Source: Chlamydiota bacterium (GTDB lineage Bacteria > Chlamydiota > Chlamydiia > Chlamydiales > 2-12-FULL-49-11). From it: a stretch of 62,645 bases of DNA. The translations under genes were made by a program, and so were the position numbers. Shown here in pieces: positions 29,663 to 39,641 of the stretch (position 1 is its first letter; each line of letters opens with the position of its first letter). The notes below the pieces were generated by a model, which had not been told where the DNA came from, did no database searches, and saw only the letters and a program-made list of their open reading frames with translations. Location: the NCBI GenBank assembly GCA_947478685.1, contig CANJWO010000003.1:1-62645 (forward strand), written 5' to 3'.

Positions 29663-30924
29663 TTATAGAGATTGCGATGCCAAAACTTTCCCCCACGATG
29701 AATGAGGGGAAAATCGTCAAATGGTACAAAAAAGAGGGCGATCCTATTGCTGAAGAAGAGGTTCTTTGTGAGATTGCAACCGATAAATCGACAATGGAAT
29801 TTACTTCGATAGAAAAAGGGCATATTCGAAAAATCTTTTTTAAAGAGGGGGATGTAGTCCCTGTTGGAGAGATTCTACTACTACATACAGAGACAAAAGA
29901 TGAAGATATCTCCGGCTATAAGCCGAAAAAGGCCGAAGGTAAAAAAGTTGAAGCTAAAACGGAAGAGACTAAAGTAGAAATTATTAAGTCTAGCGGTTCA
30001 ATTGCTTTGCCAACGTTTAGTCCATCACCACCTAGAACTAATTACGAATTTGAGACAAAAGATGAGCTAGGAAAAATAGCTGCATCCCCCCTTGCAAAAA
30101 AAATAGCTATAGAAAAGGGGCTTGATCTTACTTCTATTAAAGGGTCTGGACCAAATGGGCGTATCATCGCTAAAGATTTGGAATTTGCCCAAAGCTCAGG
30201 TCCAATCTCATTAAACCAAGTGGCTCCCACAATTCCACCCGGAACATATGTTGAGATCCCCCTGACACCCATTCGGAAAGTAATTGGTGATCGCTTACAA
30301 GCATCTAAGATGACAATTCCCCACTATTACATTACCGATGAAGTTCGCGCTGACAAAATGATTGATCTAAGAAACCAGCTTAAAGAGGCCGGTTTAAAGG
30401 TAACTTATAATGATTTTGTCATTAGAGCATGTGCCCTCGCACTTAAAAAACACCCTGAAATCAATTCAGGATATAACTCACAAAATCAGACTATTATCCG
30501 CTTTAAGACCGTAGATATTTCTCTCGCAGTAAGCATTCCAGATGGTCTAATTACCCCAATCCTTTGTCATGCAGACTATAAAGACATCTTCACCCTGTCA
30601 GAAGAGGCTAAGCGTTTAGCAAAACGGGCCAAAGAAAATAGCCTTAAACCAGAAGAGTACCAAGGGGGCTCATTTACTATCTCAAACCTCGGAATGTTTG
30701 GCATCAAATCATTTGACGCCGTCCTCAATCCGCCCCAAGCAGCCATCCTGGCCGTAGGGGGCATCCTCGAAAGGGTCTTCCTTGAAAATGGCCAGCCAAT
30801 CCTCGGCCACGTCATGAACCTCACCCTCTCCCTCGATCACCGCGTCATCGACGGTGCCGACGGCGCCAAATTCCTCAACACACTCAAACTCTTCCTCACA
30901 AACCCAGCTATGCTCTTGGTCTAA
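29659..30924 (+). CDS. pdhC: Dihydrolipoamide acetyltransferase (E2)
   Basis: Lipoyl motif EIATDKSTMEF, an E3-binding domain (ASPLAKKIAIEKGLDL) and catalytic DHRVIDGA. ATGA overlap with pdhB. Confidence 0.93.
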   Translation: MIIEIAMPKLSPTMNEGKIVKWYKKEGDPIAEEEVLCEIATDKSTMEFTSIEKGHIRKIFFKEGDVVPVGEILLLHTETKDEDISGYKPKKAEGKKVEAKTEETKVEIIKSSGSIALPTFSPSPPRTNYEFETKDELGKIAASPLAKKIAIEKGLDLTSIKGSGPNGRIIAKDLEFAQSSGPISLNQVAPTIPPGTYVEIPLTPIRKVIGDRLQASKMTIPHYYITDEVRADKMIDLRNQLKEAGLKVTYNDFVIRACALALKKHPEINSGYNSQNQTIIRFKTVDISLAVSIPDGLITPILCHADYKDIFTLSEEAKRLAKRAKENSLKPEEYQGGSFTISNLGMFGIKSFDAVLNPPQAAILAVGGILERVFLENGQPILGHVMNLTLSLDHRVIDGADGAKFLNTLKLFLTNPAMLLV

Positions 30925-30928
30925 AGCT

Positions 30929-31852
30929 TTAGATCCATTTGCGGCGGCGGAAGAAGGCGAGGGTGATGACGATGACGACGAAGACAAAGCCCATGATGAT
31001 GTAGAAAGCGTGGGGACTGCGTTGGAAGGGCATGGGGACGTTCATGCCATAGATGCTGGAGATTACGGTGGGGAAGGTGAGGACGATTGTAAGGGCTGTT
31101 AGGAGCCGGATGGTTTTATTAAACTGATTTGTTATGATGACTTGTACTGAATTGCGAAGACTTGAGATGATGCGAAGGCTGAGGCGGCACATCTCTTCTG
31201 CTTGTTCTGTTGCGAGGAGGAGATCTTCTAGGAGATCTTGGTCTTTTTCATAGAGGATTGTAAACTTTCCAGAGAGGATTTCTTCAATTACCTCTTTCAG
31301 AGGTTGGAGAGAGTTTTGGCACTGATTGAGATTTTCCTCTTTTCTTGTTAGTTCAGTAATTTCTTTGTCACTTACTGTGCTGATATCTTTTTCTTGATTG
31401 ATCACCTCTGCTCTGATCCGTCTAATTACTTTTGTATATTCCTGAACAATGCGTAAAAGAATGTGAATAAGGAGCTTTGTCCGCATGCTGGTGGCGGTTG
31501 TCGATTTTTCTGATAAAATTCTCTCGATAATATGACAAGTAGCTGGACAGATTGTGACAAGATGCTCCTTTGTGACAACTATTGTAAGTGTCGCTGTATA
31601 AAGGCCTACCTCTTGCAGATAGGGGAATCGGACATAAACTACAAAGGAGTCGTTTTCAAGTCGTTCAATACGAGCGATTTCCATCATATCGAGGGCGTCT
31701 TTAATATCGTCGGAGTCTATTTTTAGAATCTTAGAAAGGTTCTCAATATCTTCGAGCGTAGCATTTCCTGCATGGATCCAACTGTTGGATATTGGAGCCG
31801 GAATGATATGAAAACGCTCATCAGCTGTTTCTTTTAAGTAGTTTGTGTACAT
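30929..31852 (-). CDS. CorA-family divalent cation transporter
   Basis: YGMNV (the GMN motif) lies between two C-terminal TM helices. 307 aa. Confidence 0.8.
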   Translation of the reverse strand: MYTNYLKETADERFHIIPAPISNSWIHAGNATLEDIENLSKILKIDSDDIKDALDMMEIARIERLENDSFVVYVRFPYLQEVGLYTATLTIVVTKEHLVTICPATCHIIERILSEKSTTATSMRTKLLIHILLRIVQEYTKVIRRIRAEVINQEKDISTVSDKEITELTRKEENLNQCQNSLQPLKEVIEEILSGKFTILYEKDQDLLEDLLLATEQAEEMCRLSLRIISSLRNSVQVIITNQFNKTIRLLTALTIVLTFPTVISSIYGMNVPMPFQRSPHAFYIIMGFVFVVIVITLAFFRRRKWI

Positions 31853-31899
31853 GAAACCTCTTTCACCCTATGTTCTTAAGCTAATTTAGCTAACCCTTC

Positions 31900-32943
31900 T
31901 TAGCAAGGGGAAACGACTGCTAACTCTATTTTTTTCTCAAGAGCTGCCAATCGGGCCGCATAGCGACTAAGTCTTTTAGCGTGAATAATTTGCTCGTGGT
32001 ATTCTTTTATTGGCAAGGCAGGAGCGCCTCCGTAAGCACCACTTTCTGTAATGGATTTTGAAAAGGCACCTCTTGCCATCAGGATTACACCATCAGCAAC
32101 TTCGATATGTCCAACTAGTCCTGCCTGGGCAGCTAGAATTACCCTTTTTCCTGTTTTTGCAGAGCCTGCAACGCCAGTTTGAGCGATAATTAAATTGTCT
32201 TCACCAATAGTAACATTATGGGCAATCATGACAAGATTGTCGATCTTGGACCCTTTTTTTATACGAGTCTCTTTAAATCTTGCTCGATCAATAGTTGTAT
32301 TAGAACCGATCTCTACATCATCTTCGAGGACTACAATTCCGAAATGTTTGACTTTTTTATGCTTTCCTCTCTCGTCTGTAATATAGCCAAAGCCACAGCC
32401 GCCAATTACCGAGCCCGACTGTAAAATAACCCCTGAACCAATTTTTGAACCTTCTCGGATTGTTACGTTAGAATAGATGATAGAGTTTTGCCCAATAGTT
32501 ACTTCGGGGTTGATTGAAACGTTAGGTGCAATTCTTGTCCCGTCACCTATGATACAATCTCTATCAATAACTACAAGTGGTCCAATTTGTACATTATTGC
32601 CGATTTGTACAGATGAATGGATTACTGCTGTTGGATGAATGCCGCTAAAACCACTTACATCTGCATTGTGAACAAAGAGGGGGACAAGCTTCTGAAAAGC
32701 AAGTGATGGATTATCTGAAATAAGATAATTCCTCCCTTCTATTAAGGGAGTCTTGTGATCAACACAAACTGCTCCTGCACTTGTCTTTTTAAGAAGTTCT
32801 CGATATTTAATATTAGAAAAAAAGGAGATCTCATCAGGGGTTGCGCTTTCTAATTCGTCAACCCCATGAATTAAGTAGTCTGGATTGCCTATAAGTTCGG
32901 ACCCGGTGAGCTGAGAAAGCTCTTTCAAAGTTCGTTTAGACAT
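31900..32943 (-). CDS. lpxD: UDP-3-O-acylglucosamine N-acyltransferase
   Basis: Left-handed beta-helix hexapeptide repeats. The N-terminal domain aligns in length with E. coli LpxD. Positioned after skp and bamA. Confidence 0.9.
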   Translation of the reverse strand: MSKRTLKELSQLTGSELIGNPDYLIHGVDELESATPDEISFFSNIKYRELLKKTSAGAVCVDHKTPLIEGRNYLISDNPSLAFQKLVPLFVHNADVSGFSGIHPTAVIHSSVQIGNNVQIGPLVVIDRDCIIGDGTRIAPNVSINPEVTIGQNSIIYSNVTIREGSKIGSGVILQSGSVIGGCGFGYITDERGKHKKVKHFGIVVLEDDVEIGSNTTIDRARFKETRIKKGSKIDNLVMIAHNVTIGEDNLIIAQTGVAGSAKTGKRVILAAQAGLVGHIEVADGVILMARGAFSKSITESGAYGGAPALPIKEYHEQIIHAKRLSRYAARLAALEKKIELAVVSPC

Positions 32944-32953
32944 ACCCATTCCA

Positions 32954-33520
32954 CTATTTTTTTACTGGTTGTTGATTGATTTCGAGAGTTTTTCCCTCTT
33001 TCTCAAATTTCTTATCCAGTTCAACAATTACTTCGTCAGTAATATCTAATGTATCAACATAATGAAAAGCTGCATCTTTATTGAGAACAAGTGAAAGATG
33101 GGCTTTTTTTGCAACATTTCCAGAAGCTTCATTGATGAGTTCAGCAACAGTATGCATAAGCTTCATGTTTGCTTGCTGCATAATCTGATAGTATTGTGAT
33201 TGGTAGCGTTGTAACTCTTCTCCAAGCTGTTGGAATTTATTTTTTAATTCAGTTTCAGCTTCAGGGCTTAAAGAGTCGATAAAATCCTTATCCTGTAATT
33301 TTGTTGCTGACGCATTTAATTGCTCATCAAGATCTTGTATAGCTTTTTGCATTTGAACTCTCATTGTTTCAAATTGCTTTTGCTCAAATTGACCATATTT
33401 GGAAGTTTCAATGCACTTACCAAAATTTACAATTCCAATATTTAATCCTTTTTCGGCAGCTTTTAAAGCACCAAAAGGTACTAAAAGTGCTAAACAACAT
33501 CCTACTACAAAACGATTCAT
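32954..33520 (-). CDS. skp: Periplasmic chaperone Skp (OmpH)
   Basis: 188 aa with a signal peptide and coiled-coil-rich sequence, sitting between bamA and lpxD. Confidence 0.8.
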   Translation of the reverse strand: MNRFVVGCCLALLVPFGALKAAEKGLNIGIVNFGKCIETSKYGQFEQKQFETMRVQMQKAIQDLDEQLNASATKLQDKDFIDSLSPEAETELKNKFQQLGEELQRYQSQYYQIMQQANMKLMHTVAELINEASGNVAKKAHLSLVLNKDAAFHYVDTLDITDEVIVELDKKFEKEGKTLEINQQPVKK

Positions 33521-33535
33521 TGTTAAATACTCCTG

Positions 33536-35920
33536 TTAAAATTGACCAGCCATACTGAAGAAGAATACTTGATCTCTATGCTCGGCTTTAAATTGTGCAT
33601 AACCATCTTTGCTCAATCCAAGGGGGAGACCGAAACCAAATACAAAGGGAAGGCGCTTCCCTATATCAATACGGGCACCCATGCCATAAGTGGCAACTGC
33701 GTTAGGTAGACTCCAATTGTTCAAGGAGACTGCACCGGCATCAATGAAAGCAAAAAGGTCTAAAGGTTTTATAATATTCTGTAAATACTCGAAAGATAGA
33801 AGTCCCGAGGACATACCACCCTGCGGGTCATTTGAATTGGCATAAAGAGGGCCTATTTTACCAGGTGCATAACCCCTCACTGTCCCTTCACCACCAAGGA
33901 AAAAGCGTTCAGCTAAAGGAAAGTCGCCACCATTTCCGCCTGAAAGGGGCTGTGTGAATTTAAAGTCACCGCGAAGTTTAAAAGTCCCTTTTCGCCACAC
34001 AGGATAGTAGTAAGAATTAAGGTAGCCAAATCGGAGGAAGGGGATGTCGTTTGCTGTAGAATCGCGTCTTACAAGACCGCCAAATTCAGTTTCAAAATTA
34101 GATCTGAAACCTCTATGCGGCTTAAATGTACTATCGGTTGAGTCGTAACCGACAGTTGTTGCAAGAGCTGATACAATACCATTATTCTCTTTTTGAGCAT
34201 ATTCTTTAGGACTCTTTTCCTCTTCTTTTCCTGAAACAGAGGTTACAGAATTTTTAACACGAAAGCGGAATCCATAGGTAAAATAGGCTGATACCGGATA
34301 AGAGGTATTAATGGTTGTTCCAATAGTGTTAAGTCTATAGTTGCTTGTCAAAATGGTGCTCGTGCTATATTGAAGATCTATTCCTAGTCTCCAGAGAGAA
34401 TCATTAAAATAGGGCTCAAGCCATGAGATGTTTACATCGCTCTCTTTTACCCCAATAGTCCCTTTAACTTGAAGGAATTGGCCTCCGCCACGGAAGGCAG
34501 TAGGTCCCTTAAACCAAACATTTCTAAATCCAGCGATGCTAAAGTTGTTCTCGGTAAAGTCGATACCTCCAAACACATTGTCAGTTGAGCTAAATCCTGC
34601 AAATAGGCTGGCATTTCCTGTCTGAGCTTCATTGACTTCAACCATTACATCGCAATACTCTGAGGCGCCATATTGATGCTCATCTGATTTTACAGGGTAG
34701 ACGTTGACGTTTTTAAAGTAGCCGGTTGATTGCAATCTATCTTGAGTCGATTTTATCTTTCGTGAATCAAACACTTCGCCAGGCTCAATATCAATATTGT
34801 TATAAACAACATTTTTTGAAGTGCAGTAGTTGCCAGAAACCATTACTAGACCAACACGATATTTTTGTGACTCTTCAACATTAAAATTGATGTCATATTC
34901 AGGAGTAGTAGAAAGTAAATCTAATCTGTAATCAATGCTTGTGTGTAGATAACCTTCCGCGGTGTAAACTTCACGTACTTTCTCTTGGGCAGCTCTGATC
35001 TTATCAATTGAGAATGTTTCGCCTGGTTGTAGAAGAGATGCTTTTTTTAATTCTTCTTCATTTTTTAGTGTGGATCCTGAGAATGTGATATTGTGAATGG
35101 AATACTTAGGTCCGCGATTTAATACAAAGACTAATCCAAGCTTATTTTTTGGAAGATCTTCTAATTTCATAGTCACATGAGCATCAACAAAACCGTTGTT
35201 CTGCATGTGATGAACAATTGCTTGAATATCGGGCTCGAGTTCCTCTTCTTTAATAGTTCCAGACCCGGTAAGCCAGCTTGTTAAAACACTAAATTTACGA
35301 ACTCTAATAAGTTCTAGAAGCTCTTTTTCCTCTTCCTTTGTAAATCCTTCAAATAAAATTTGATTGATTCGACCTGTAGGGCCTTCATTTATCGTCAGAT
35401 GAATGGTGATTTCGTTATTGTTTGGAGTGTTTTCTACTTTGTAAGAGATCTCTGCTTTAAAGAAACCTTTTTTGACTAGAAAATCACGAATTTTTTGTAT
35501 CGATTTATAGAACTCTTCTTGATTATAGGACATTCCCTTTGTAAGTTCGGCTTCGCTTAAGATTTTTTTGTCCTTGAAAGAGGATCCTTCTATCACAAAA
35601 CTCGTGATAATCGGCCTTTTTTTCAATAATATGGAAATTAAAACCTGGCCATTTTCAACTTTGACGCCCGGGTCTACCCACTCATACTCATCAGATAGCA
35701 CTTTTAAATCACGATCAAATACCTCTTGATCAAATGGATCACCCATTTTTGTGTGCATCTTATAGATCACTGAAGCCTCTTCATCAACTTCATCAGGGGC
35801 TTGGTTTTCGACATTAATAGTGATCTTGCGAACCGGTAAACCTTCATAAGGTTCAGTCGGCGGAGGTGTGGCTCCAAAAAGTTGAAGCAAAGAAAATAGG
35901 AATACAAAAAGTAGTTTCAT
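33536..35920 (-). CDS. bamA: Outer-membrane protein assembly factor BamA (Omp85)
   Basis: 794 aa with a signal peptide, POTRA-like repeats, a C-terminal beta-barrel and a terminal Phe (MAGQF). Confidence 0.93.
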   Translation of the reverse strand: MKLLFVFLFSLLQLFGATPPPTEPYEGLPVRKITINVENQAPDEVDEEASVIYKMHTKMGDPFDQEVFDRDLKVLSDEYEWVDPGVKVENGQVLISILLKKRPIITSFVIEGSSFKDKKILSEAELTKGMSYNQEEFYKSIQKIRDFLVKKGFFKAEISYKVENTPNNNEITIHLTINEGPTGRINQILFEGFTKEEEKELLELIRVRKFSVLTSWLTGSGTIKEEELEPDIQAIVHHMQNNGFVDAHVTMKLEDLPKNKLGLVFVLNRGPKYSIHNITFSGSTLKNEEELKKASLLQPGETFSIDKIRAAQEKVREVYTAEGYLHTSIDYRLDLLSTTPEYDINFNVEESQKYRVGLVMVSGNYCTSKNVVYNNIDIEPGEVFDSRKIKSTQDRLQSTGYFKNVNVYPVKSDEHQYGASEYCDVMVEVNEAQTGNASLFAGFSSTDNVFGGIDFTENNFSIAGFRNVWFKGPTAFRGGGQFLQVKGTIGVKESDVNISWLEPYFNDSLWRLGIDLQYSTSTILTSNYRLNTIGTTINTSYPVSAYFTYGFRFRVKNSVTSVSGKEEEKSPKEYAQKENNGIVSALATTVGYDSTDSTFKPHRGFRSNFETEFGGLVRRDSTANDIPFLRFGYLNSYYYPVWRKGTFKLRGDFKFTQPLSGGNGGDFPLAERFFLGGEGTVRGYAPGKIGPLYANSNDPQGGMSSGLLSFEYLQNIIKPLDLFAFIDAGAVSLNNWSLPNAVATYGMGARIDIGKRLPFVFGFGLPLGLSKDGYAQFKAEHRDQVFFFSMAGQF

Positions 35921-35972
35921 ACAGGAAAAAATCTACCACAATCGAATTTTTATCTAAAGAAAAAAACACTAA

Positions 35973-36569
35973 TTAGACGGGGAGTCTTGAGGAGAAGGCT
36001 CGAGTGAGGGTCCCTTCGTCGAGAAAGTCAAGGCTTGAGCCGAGGGGCATGCCCATGGCGAGGCGGGAGACTCTGATTCCGGCCGGCTCGAGCTCTTTTT
36101 TTAGGAAGAGTGCGGTGGCATCCCCTTCGATAGTTGAATCGAGGGCCAGGATGACCTCTTTAGTCTCGTGGCGGCTTAAGCGTTCTTTCAGTTCATTGAA
36201 GTGTAGATCGCTTGGGCCAAAGTGGTCCACGGGGGAGAGGAGGCCTGGAATGGCATGATAAAGGCCGTTATAGATGCCGGTTGCCTCTAAAGTAAAGATG
36301 TCTTTGGGGGAGGCAACAACGCATAGGAGGTTCGAATCACGAATGTCAAGGTCGCAGAAGGGGCAGCGAGCCTTGTCGTAGAGGGCTTTGCAGGTGGAGC
36401 ATGTAATTAAATCTTTTTTTATACTCTTTAGAAGCTCGGCAAAGGCTGTAAGATCGAGATCTTTCCAATAAATTATTTGAAAAGCGAACCGCTCGGCCGT
36501 TTTTTTCCCAACGCCAGGGAACTTTCTTAAGAATGAAATCAATTTTTGAAGTGCGAGAGGATAGCTCAT
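35973..36569 (-). CDS. recR: Recombination protein RecR
   Basis: HhH segment (FPGVGKKTAERFAF), C4 zinc finger CSTC...CPFC, and a Toprim domain. Confidence 0.93.
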   Translation of the reverse strand: MSYPLALQKLISFLRKFPGVGKKTAERFAFQIIYWKDLDLTAFAELLKSIKKDLITCSTCKALYDKARCPFCDLDIRDSNLLCVVASPKDIFTLEATGIYNGLYHAIPGLLSPVDHFGPSDLHFNELKERLSRHETKEVILALDSTIEGDATALFLKKELEPAGIRVSRLAMGMPLGSSLDFLDEGTLTRAFSSRLPV

Positions 36570-36642
36570 AAAGACCGGATTTTAGCTGCTCTCAAGATAA
36601 AAAGCACTAGGTTTATTAAAATGGGTTAGGGTAAAATGGTTC

Positions 36643-37650
36643 ATGATGACAATGCATAAAGCCTATATAACAGCCGTGGGAACCTATTTGCCAGAGAAGA
36701 TTCTCTCAAATCTTGATTTGGAAAAGTTAGTTGACACATCAGATGAGTGGATCATTTCCAGGACGGGAATGAGAGAGCGCCATATTGCTAGAGATGATGA
36801 ATTTACTTCCGATATGGGGGCTAATGCCGCCAGGGTTGCTTTAGATCGAGCAGGGATGAAAGTTGATGATATTGATGTAATAATAGTGGCGACACTCTCA
36901 CCAGATTATGCATTTCCAAGCACAGCCTGCCTGATTCAGTCGACTCTTGGAGCTAAAAATGCGGCCGCGTTTGATATTCAAGCAGCCTGTACAGGGATGG
37001 TTTATGCAATGGCTGTCGCTAAATCTTTTATTGAATCTGGAATGTATAAAAATATTTTGATTGTTGCATCCGAGAAGCTTTCCTCAATTACCGATTACCA
37101 GGATCGCAATACTTGTATCCTCTTTGGAGATGGGGCTGCGGCCTGTATAGTTCAAGGTGAGGGTCCTGGACTTGAAATTGGAAAGGTCTCTTTAGGTGCA
37201 GATGGGGATCAGAGCACCCTTTTATTACTGCCGGCAGGTGGGTGTAGAAATCCAGCGACTAAAGAGACAGTTGAAAAGCGAATGCATTATTTGAAAATGG
37301 ACGGTAAAGAGATTTTTCGTCACGCCGTCCGGAGAATGGAGTCTGCAGCTATTGAGTGCATTCATCAATCGGGCCTTAAAGAGACAGATATAGCCTATTT
37401 AGTCCCCCATCAAGCAAATCTCAGAATTATTGATGCTATTGCAAAGAGGTGCAAAATTGATGATGATCGTGTGATAAAAGTGGTAGAGTTATATGGAAAT
37501 ACTTCTGCTTCATCAATTGGGCTTGCTCTAGAGAAGCTAGTAGTTGAAAATAGGATAAAAGATAAGGATCATCTGCTACTTGTTGCTTTTGGCGCAGGGC
37601 TCACTTGGGGATCTCTTATTTTAACTGCACGAGGAGATTTTACGTTATGA
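36643..37650 (+). CDS. fabH: 3-oxoacyl-ACP synthase III
   Basis: Catalytic Cys in AACTGMVYA, His in PHQAN, Asn in GNTSAS. Confidence 0.95.
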   Translation: MMTMHKAYITAVGTYLPEKILSNLDLEKLVDTSDEWIISRTGMRERHIARDDEFTSDMGANAARVALDRAGMKVDDIDVIIVATLSPDYAFPSTACLIQSTLGAKNAAAFDIQAACTGMVYAMAVAKSFIESGMYKNILIVASEKLSSITDYQDRNTCILFGDGAAACIVQGEGPGLEIGKVSLGADGDQSTLLLLPAGGCRNPATKETVEKRMHYLKMDGKEIFRHAVRRMESAAIECIHQSGLKETDIAYLVPHQANLRIIDAIAKRCKIDDDRVIKVVELYGNTSASSIGLALEKLVVENRIKDKDHLLLVAFGAGLTWGSLILTARGDFTL

Positions 37651-38567
37651 CGCTTCAGCCGAAGAATGCCTTTATATTCCCTGGACAAGGGGCTCAGGCG
37701 CCCGGAATGGGAAAAGATTTTTATGACACTTTTTTGGAAGCAAAAGAGGTTTTTCAGCAGGCCGATGATATTCTCTCGCTCGGATTATCTAAGATCATAT
37801 TTAATGGGCCAATGGAAAAATTGACCGAAACAAGATACAGCCAACCTGCGATTTTTGTTACAAGTGTTGCGATTTTACATACATTAAGAAAACAATTTCC
37901 TGATTTAAAACCTGCAATGACAGGTGGGCTTAGTTTAGGTGAATATACGGCTATATATGCTTCAAATAAACTTGATTTTGCATCTTGCTTGAAACTTGTA
38001 GCTGCGCGAGGTCAGTTTATGCAAGAGGCATGCGAGAGCGAGCCAGGCGTCATGCTTGTTGTAATGGGACTAGATGAGGGTGAGATTGCAAAAAGTGGGG
38101 CATGGATTGCAAATGTCAACTGTCCTGGACAAATTGTTGTTGCTTGCCGTAAAGAAAAAGTGGATAGTATCACGAAAGATTTGCAAGAGCGGGGAGCAAA
38201 AAGAGTACTTCCTCTAGCTGTTTCAGGCGCCTTTCATAGCCCTTTAATGGCAGTAGCAAAAGAAAAATTAACTCCATTGATAGAAGAGATGAGTTTCCAA
38301 AATAGTGATATTTTGCTCAGCATGAATGTTGTTGGTGACTTTGTCAGTGATGTAGATATAATGAAATCTTGCTTAATAGAACAGGTGGCATCTCCAACAA
38401 GATGGATGCAGTGCGTTCAATCGATGATGAGAGAAGAGAGTACCCATTTTTACGAAATAGGGCCTTCACAATTAGTATCGATGAATCGAAAAATTGGAGT
38501 TTCGGCACAGAGTATAAGTGTAAATAAAACCAGTGACTTGGAGCGTGTTCATGAAACGACTTTCTAA
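37647..38567 (+). CDS. fabD: Malonyl-CoA:ACP transacylase
   Basis: FPGQGAQ, active-site GLSLGEY, GAFHSPLM. The ATG at 37647 overlaps the fabH stop (ATGA). Confidence 0.93.
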   Translation: MTLQPKNAFIFPGQGAQAPGMGKDFYDTFLEAKEVFQQADDILSLGLSKIIFNGPMEKLTETRYSQPAIFVTSVAILHTLRKQFPDLKPAMTGGLSLGEYTAIYASNKLDFASCLKLVAARGQFMQEACESEPGVMLVVMGLDEGEIAKSGAWIANVNCPGQIVVACRKEKVDSITKDLQERGAKRVLPLAVSGAFHSPLMAVAKEKLTPLIEEMSFQNSDILLSMNVVGDFVSDVDIMKSCLIEQVASPTRWMQCVQSMMREESTHFYEIGPSQLVSMNRKIGVSAQSISVNKTSDLERVHETTF

Positions 38568-39306
38568 CAAAAATGTCATTATTACAGGTGGCACTAGAGG
38601 AATTGGAAAGGGGATTGCGTCTCTATTTGTAAAAGAGGGGGCAAATGTTGCTATTCTTGGTACAAATGACGAAAGTGGACAGTTAGCAGTGCTTGAACTT
38701 AAAAATTTAATTAGCGACCCGAATCAAAAGGTTGAATTTTATAAAGTGGATGTCTCTAAAACAGGAGAAGTAGATCTTTTTTCAGAACAATTTTTAAAAA
38801 ATTGGGAGAAAATTGATGTCTTAATCAACAACGCTGGAGTCACAAGAGATCAGCTATTGATGAAAATGAAAGAGGAAGATTGGGATACAGTTCTCGATAC
38901 AAATTTAAAATCAGTGTACAATATGACTCACTCATTTGTACGAAGCATGATTAAAGCAAGATATGGTAGAGTTATTAATATTTCCTCAGTTGTAGGAATA
39001 AAGGGGAATCCGGGCCAAGCAAATTATGCGGCATCTAAAGCGGGTATGATCGGATTTACCAAATCCCTTGCGATAGAGATAGCTTCTCGAAATATTACAG
39101 TTAATTGCATTGCTCCGGGTGGTATTGGAACAGATATGCTTGGGCAACTAACAGATGCTCAAAAAGAACTTTTACTAAAAGAGGTGCCCATGGGAAGATT
39201 TGGGCTATCTGAAGACATAGCAAATGCAGCCCTCTTTTTAGCAAGCAATGAAGCTAGCTACATTACAGGGCAAGTTTTAGCAGTCGACGGTGGAATGACT
39301 GCATAA
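38551..39306 (+). CDS. fabG: 3-oxoacyl-ACP reductase
   Basis: SDR motifs TGGTRGIG, NNAG and YAASKAG. Start taken at the ATG at 38551. Confidence 0.93.
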   Translation: MKRLSNKNVIITGGTRGIGKGIASLFVKEGANVAILGTNDESGQLAVLELKNLISDPNQKVEFYKVDVSKTGEVDLFSEQFLKNWEKIDVLINNAGVTRDQLLMKMKEEDWDTVLDTNLKSVYNMTHSFVRSMIKARYGRVINISSVVGIKGNPGQANYAASKAGMIGFTKSLAIEIASRNITVNCIAPGGIGTDMLGQLTDAQKELLLKEVPMGRFGLSEDIANAALFLASNEASYITGQVLAVDGGMTA

Positions 39307-39354
39307 GGCTTAATTATAAGTTACTAAACAAAAACCATATAGGACAATTAAGGT

Positions 39355-39603
39355 ATGGACGAAATTGAAAAAGAAGTAATAGACATCGTTGTTGAACAGC
39401 TTGGGGTTGATCCTGAGGAAGTTACATCAGAGAAGTCTTTTGTTGAACATCTTAATGCTGATTCGCTCGATCAAACAGAGCTAATCATGACATTTGAAGA
39501 GAGACTTGATCTTGAGATTTCTGAACAAGAAGCTGCAACGCTCCAAACAGTTGGCGACGTAGTAGCTTTTATTAAGAAAAAAAAAGCTGAAGTAAATATC
39601 TAA
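39355..39603 (+). CDS. acpP: Acyl carrier protein
   Basis: Phosphopantetheine attachment site [13 protein letters not shown]. 82 aa. Confidence 0.93.
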   Translation: MDEIEKEVIDIVVEQLGVDPEEVTSEKSFVEHLNADSLDQTELIMTFEERLDLEISEQEAATLQTVGDVVAFIKKKKAEVNI

Positions 39604-39613
39604 GTCTTATTTC

Positions 39614-39635
39614 GAGGGGCCTTTAATGGCTCCTC
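39614..39635. terminator. Hairpin between convergent acpP and potD (possible bidirectional terminator)
   Basis: GAGGGGCC-TTTAAT-GGCTCCTC, with 7 of 8 positions paired. T-tracts are weak. Confidence 0.4.
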
Positions 39636-39641
39636 TCTTAT

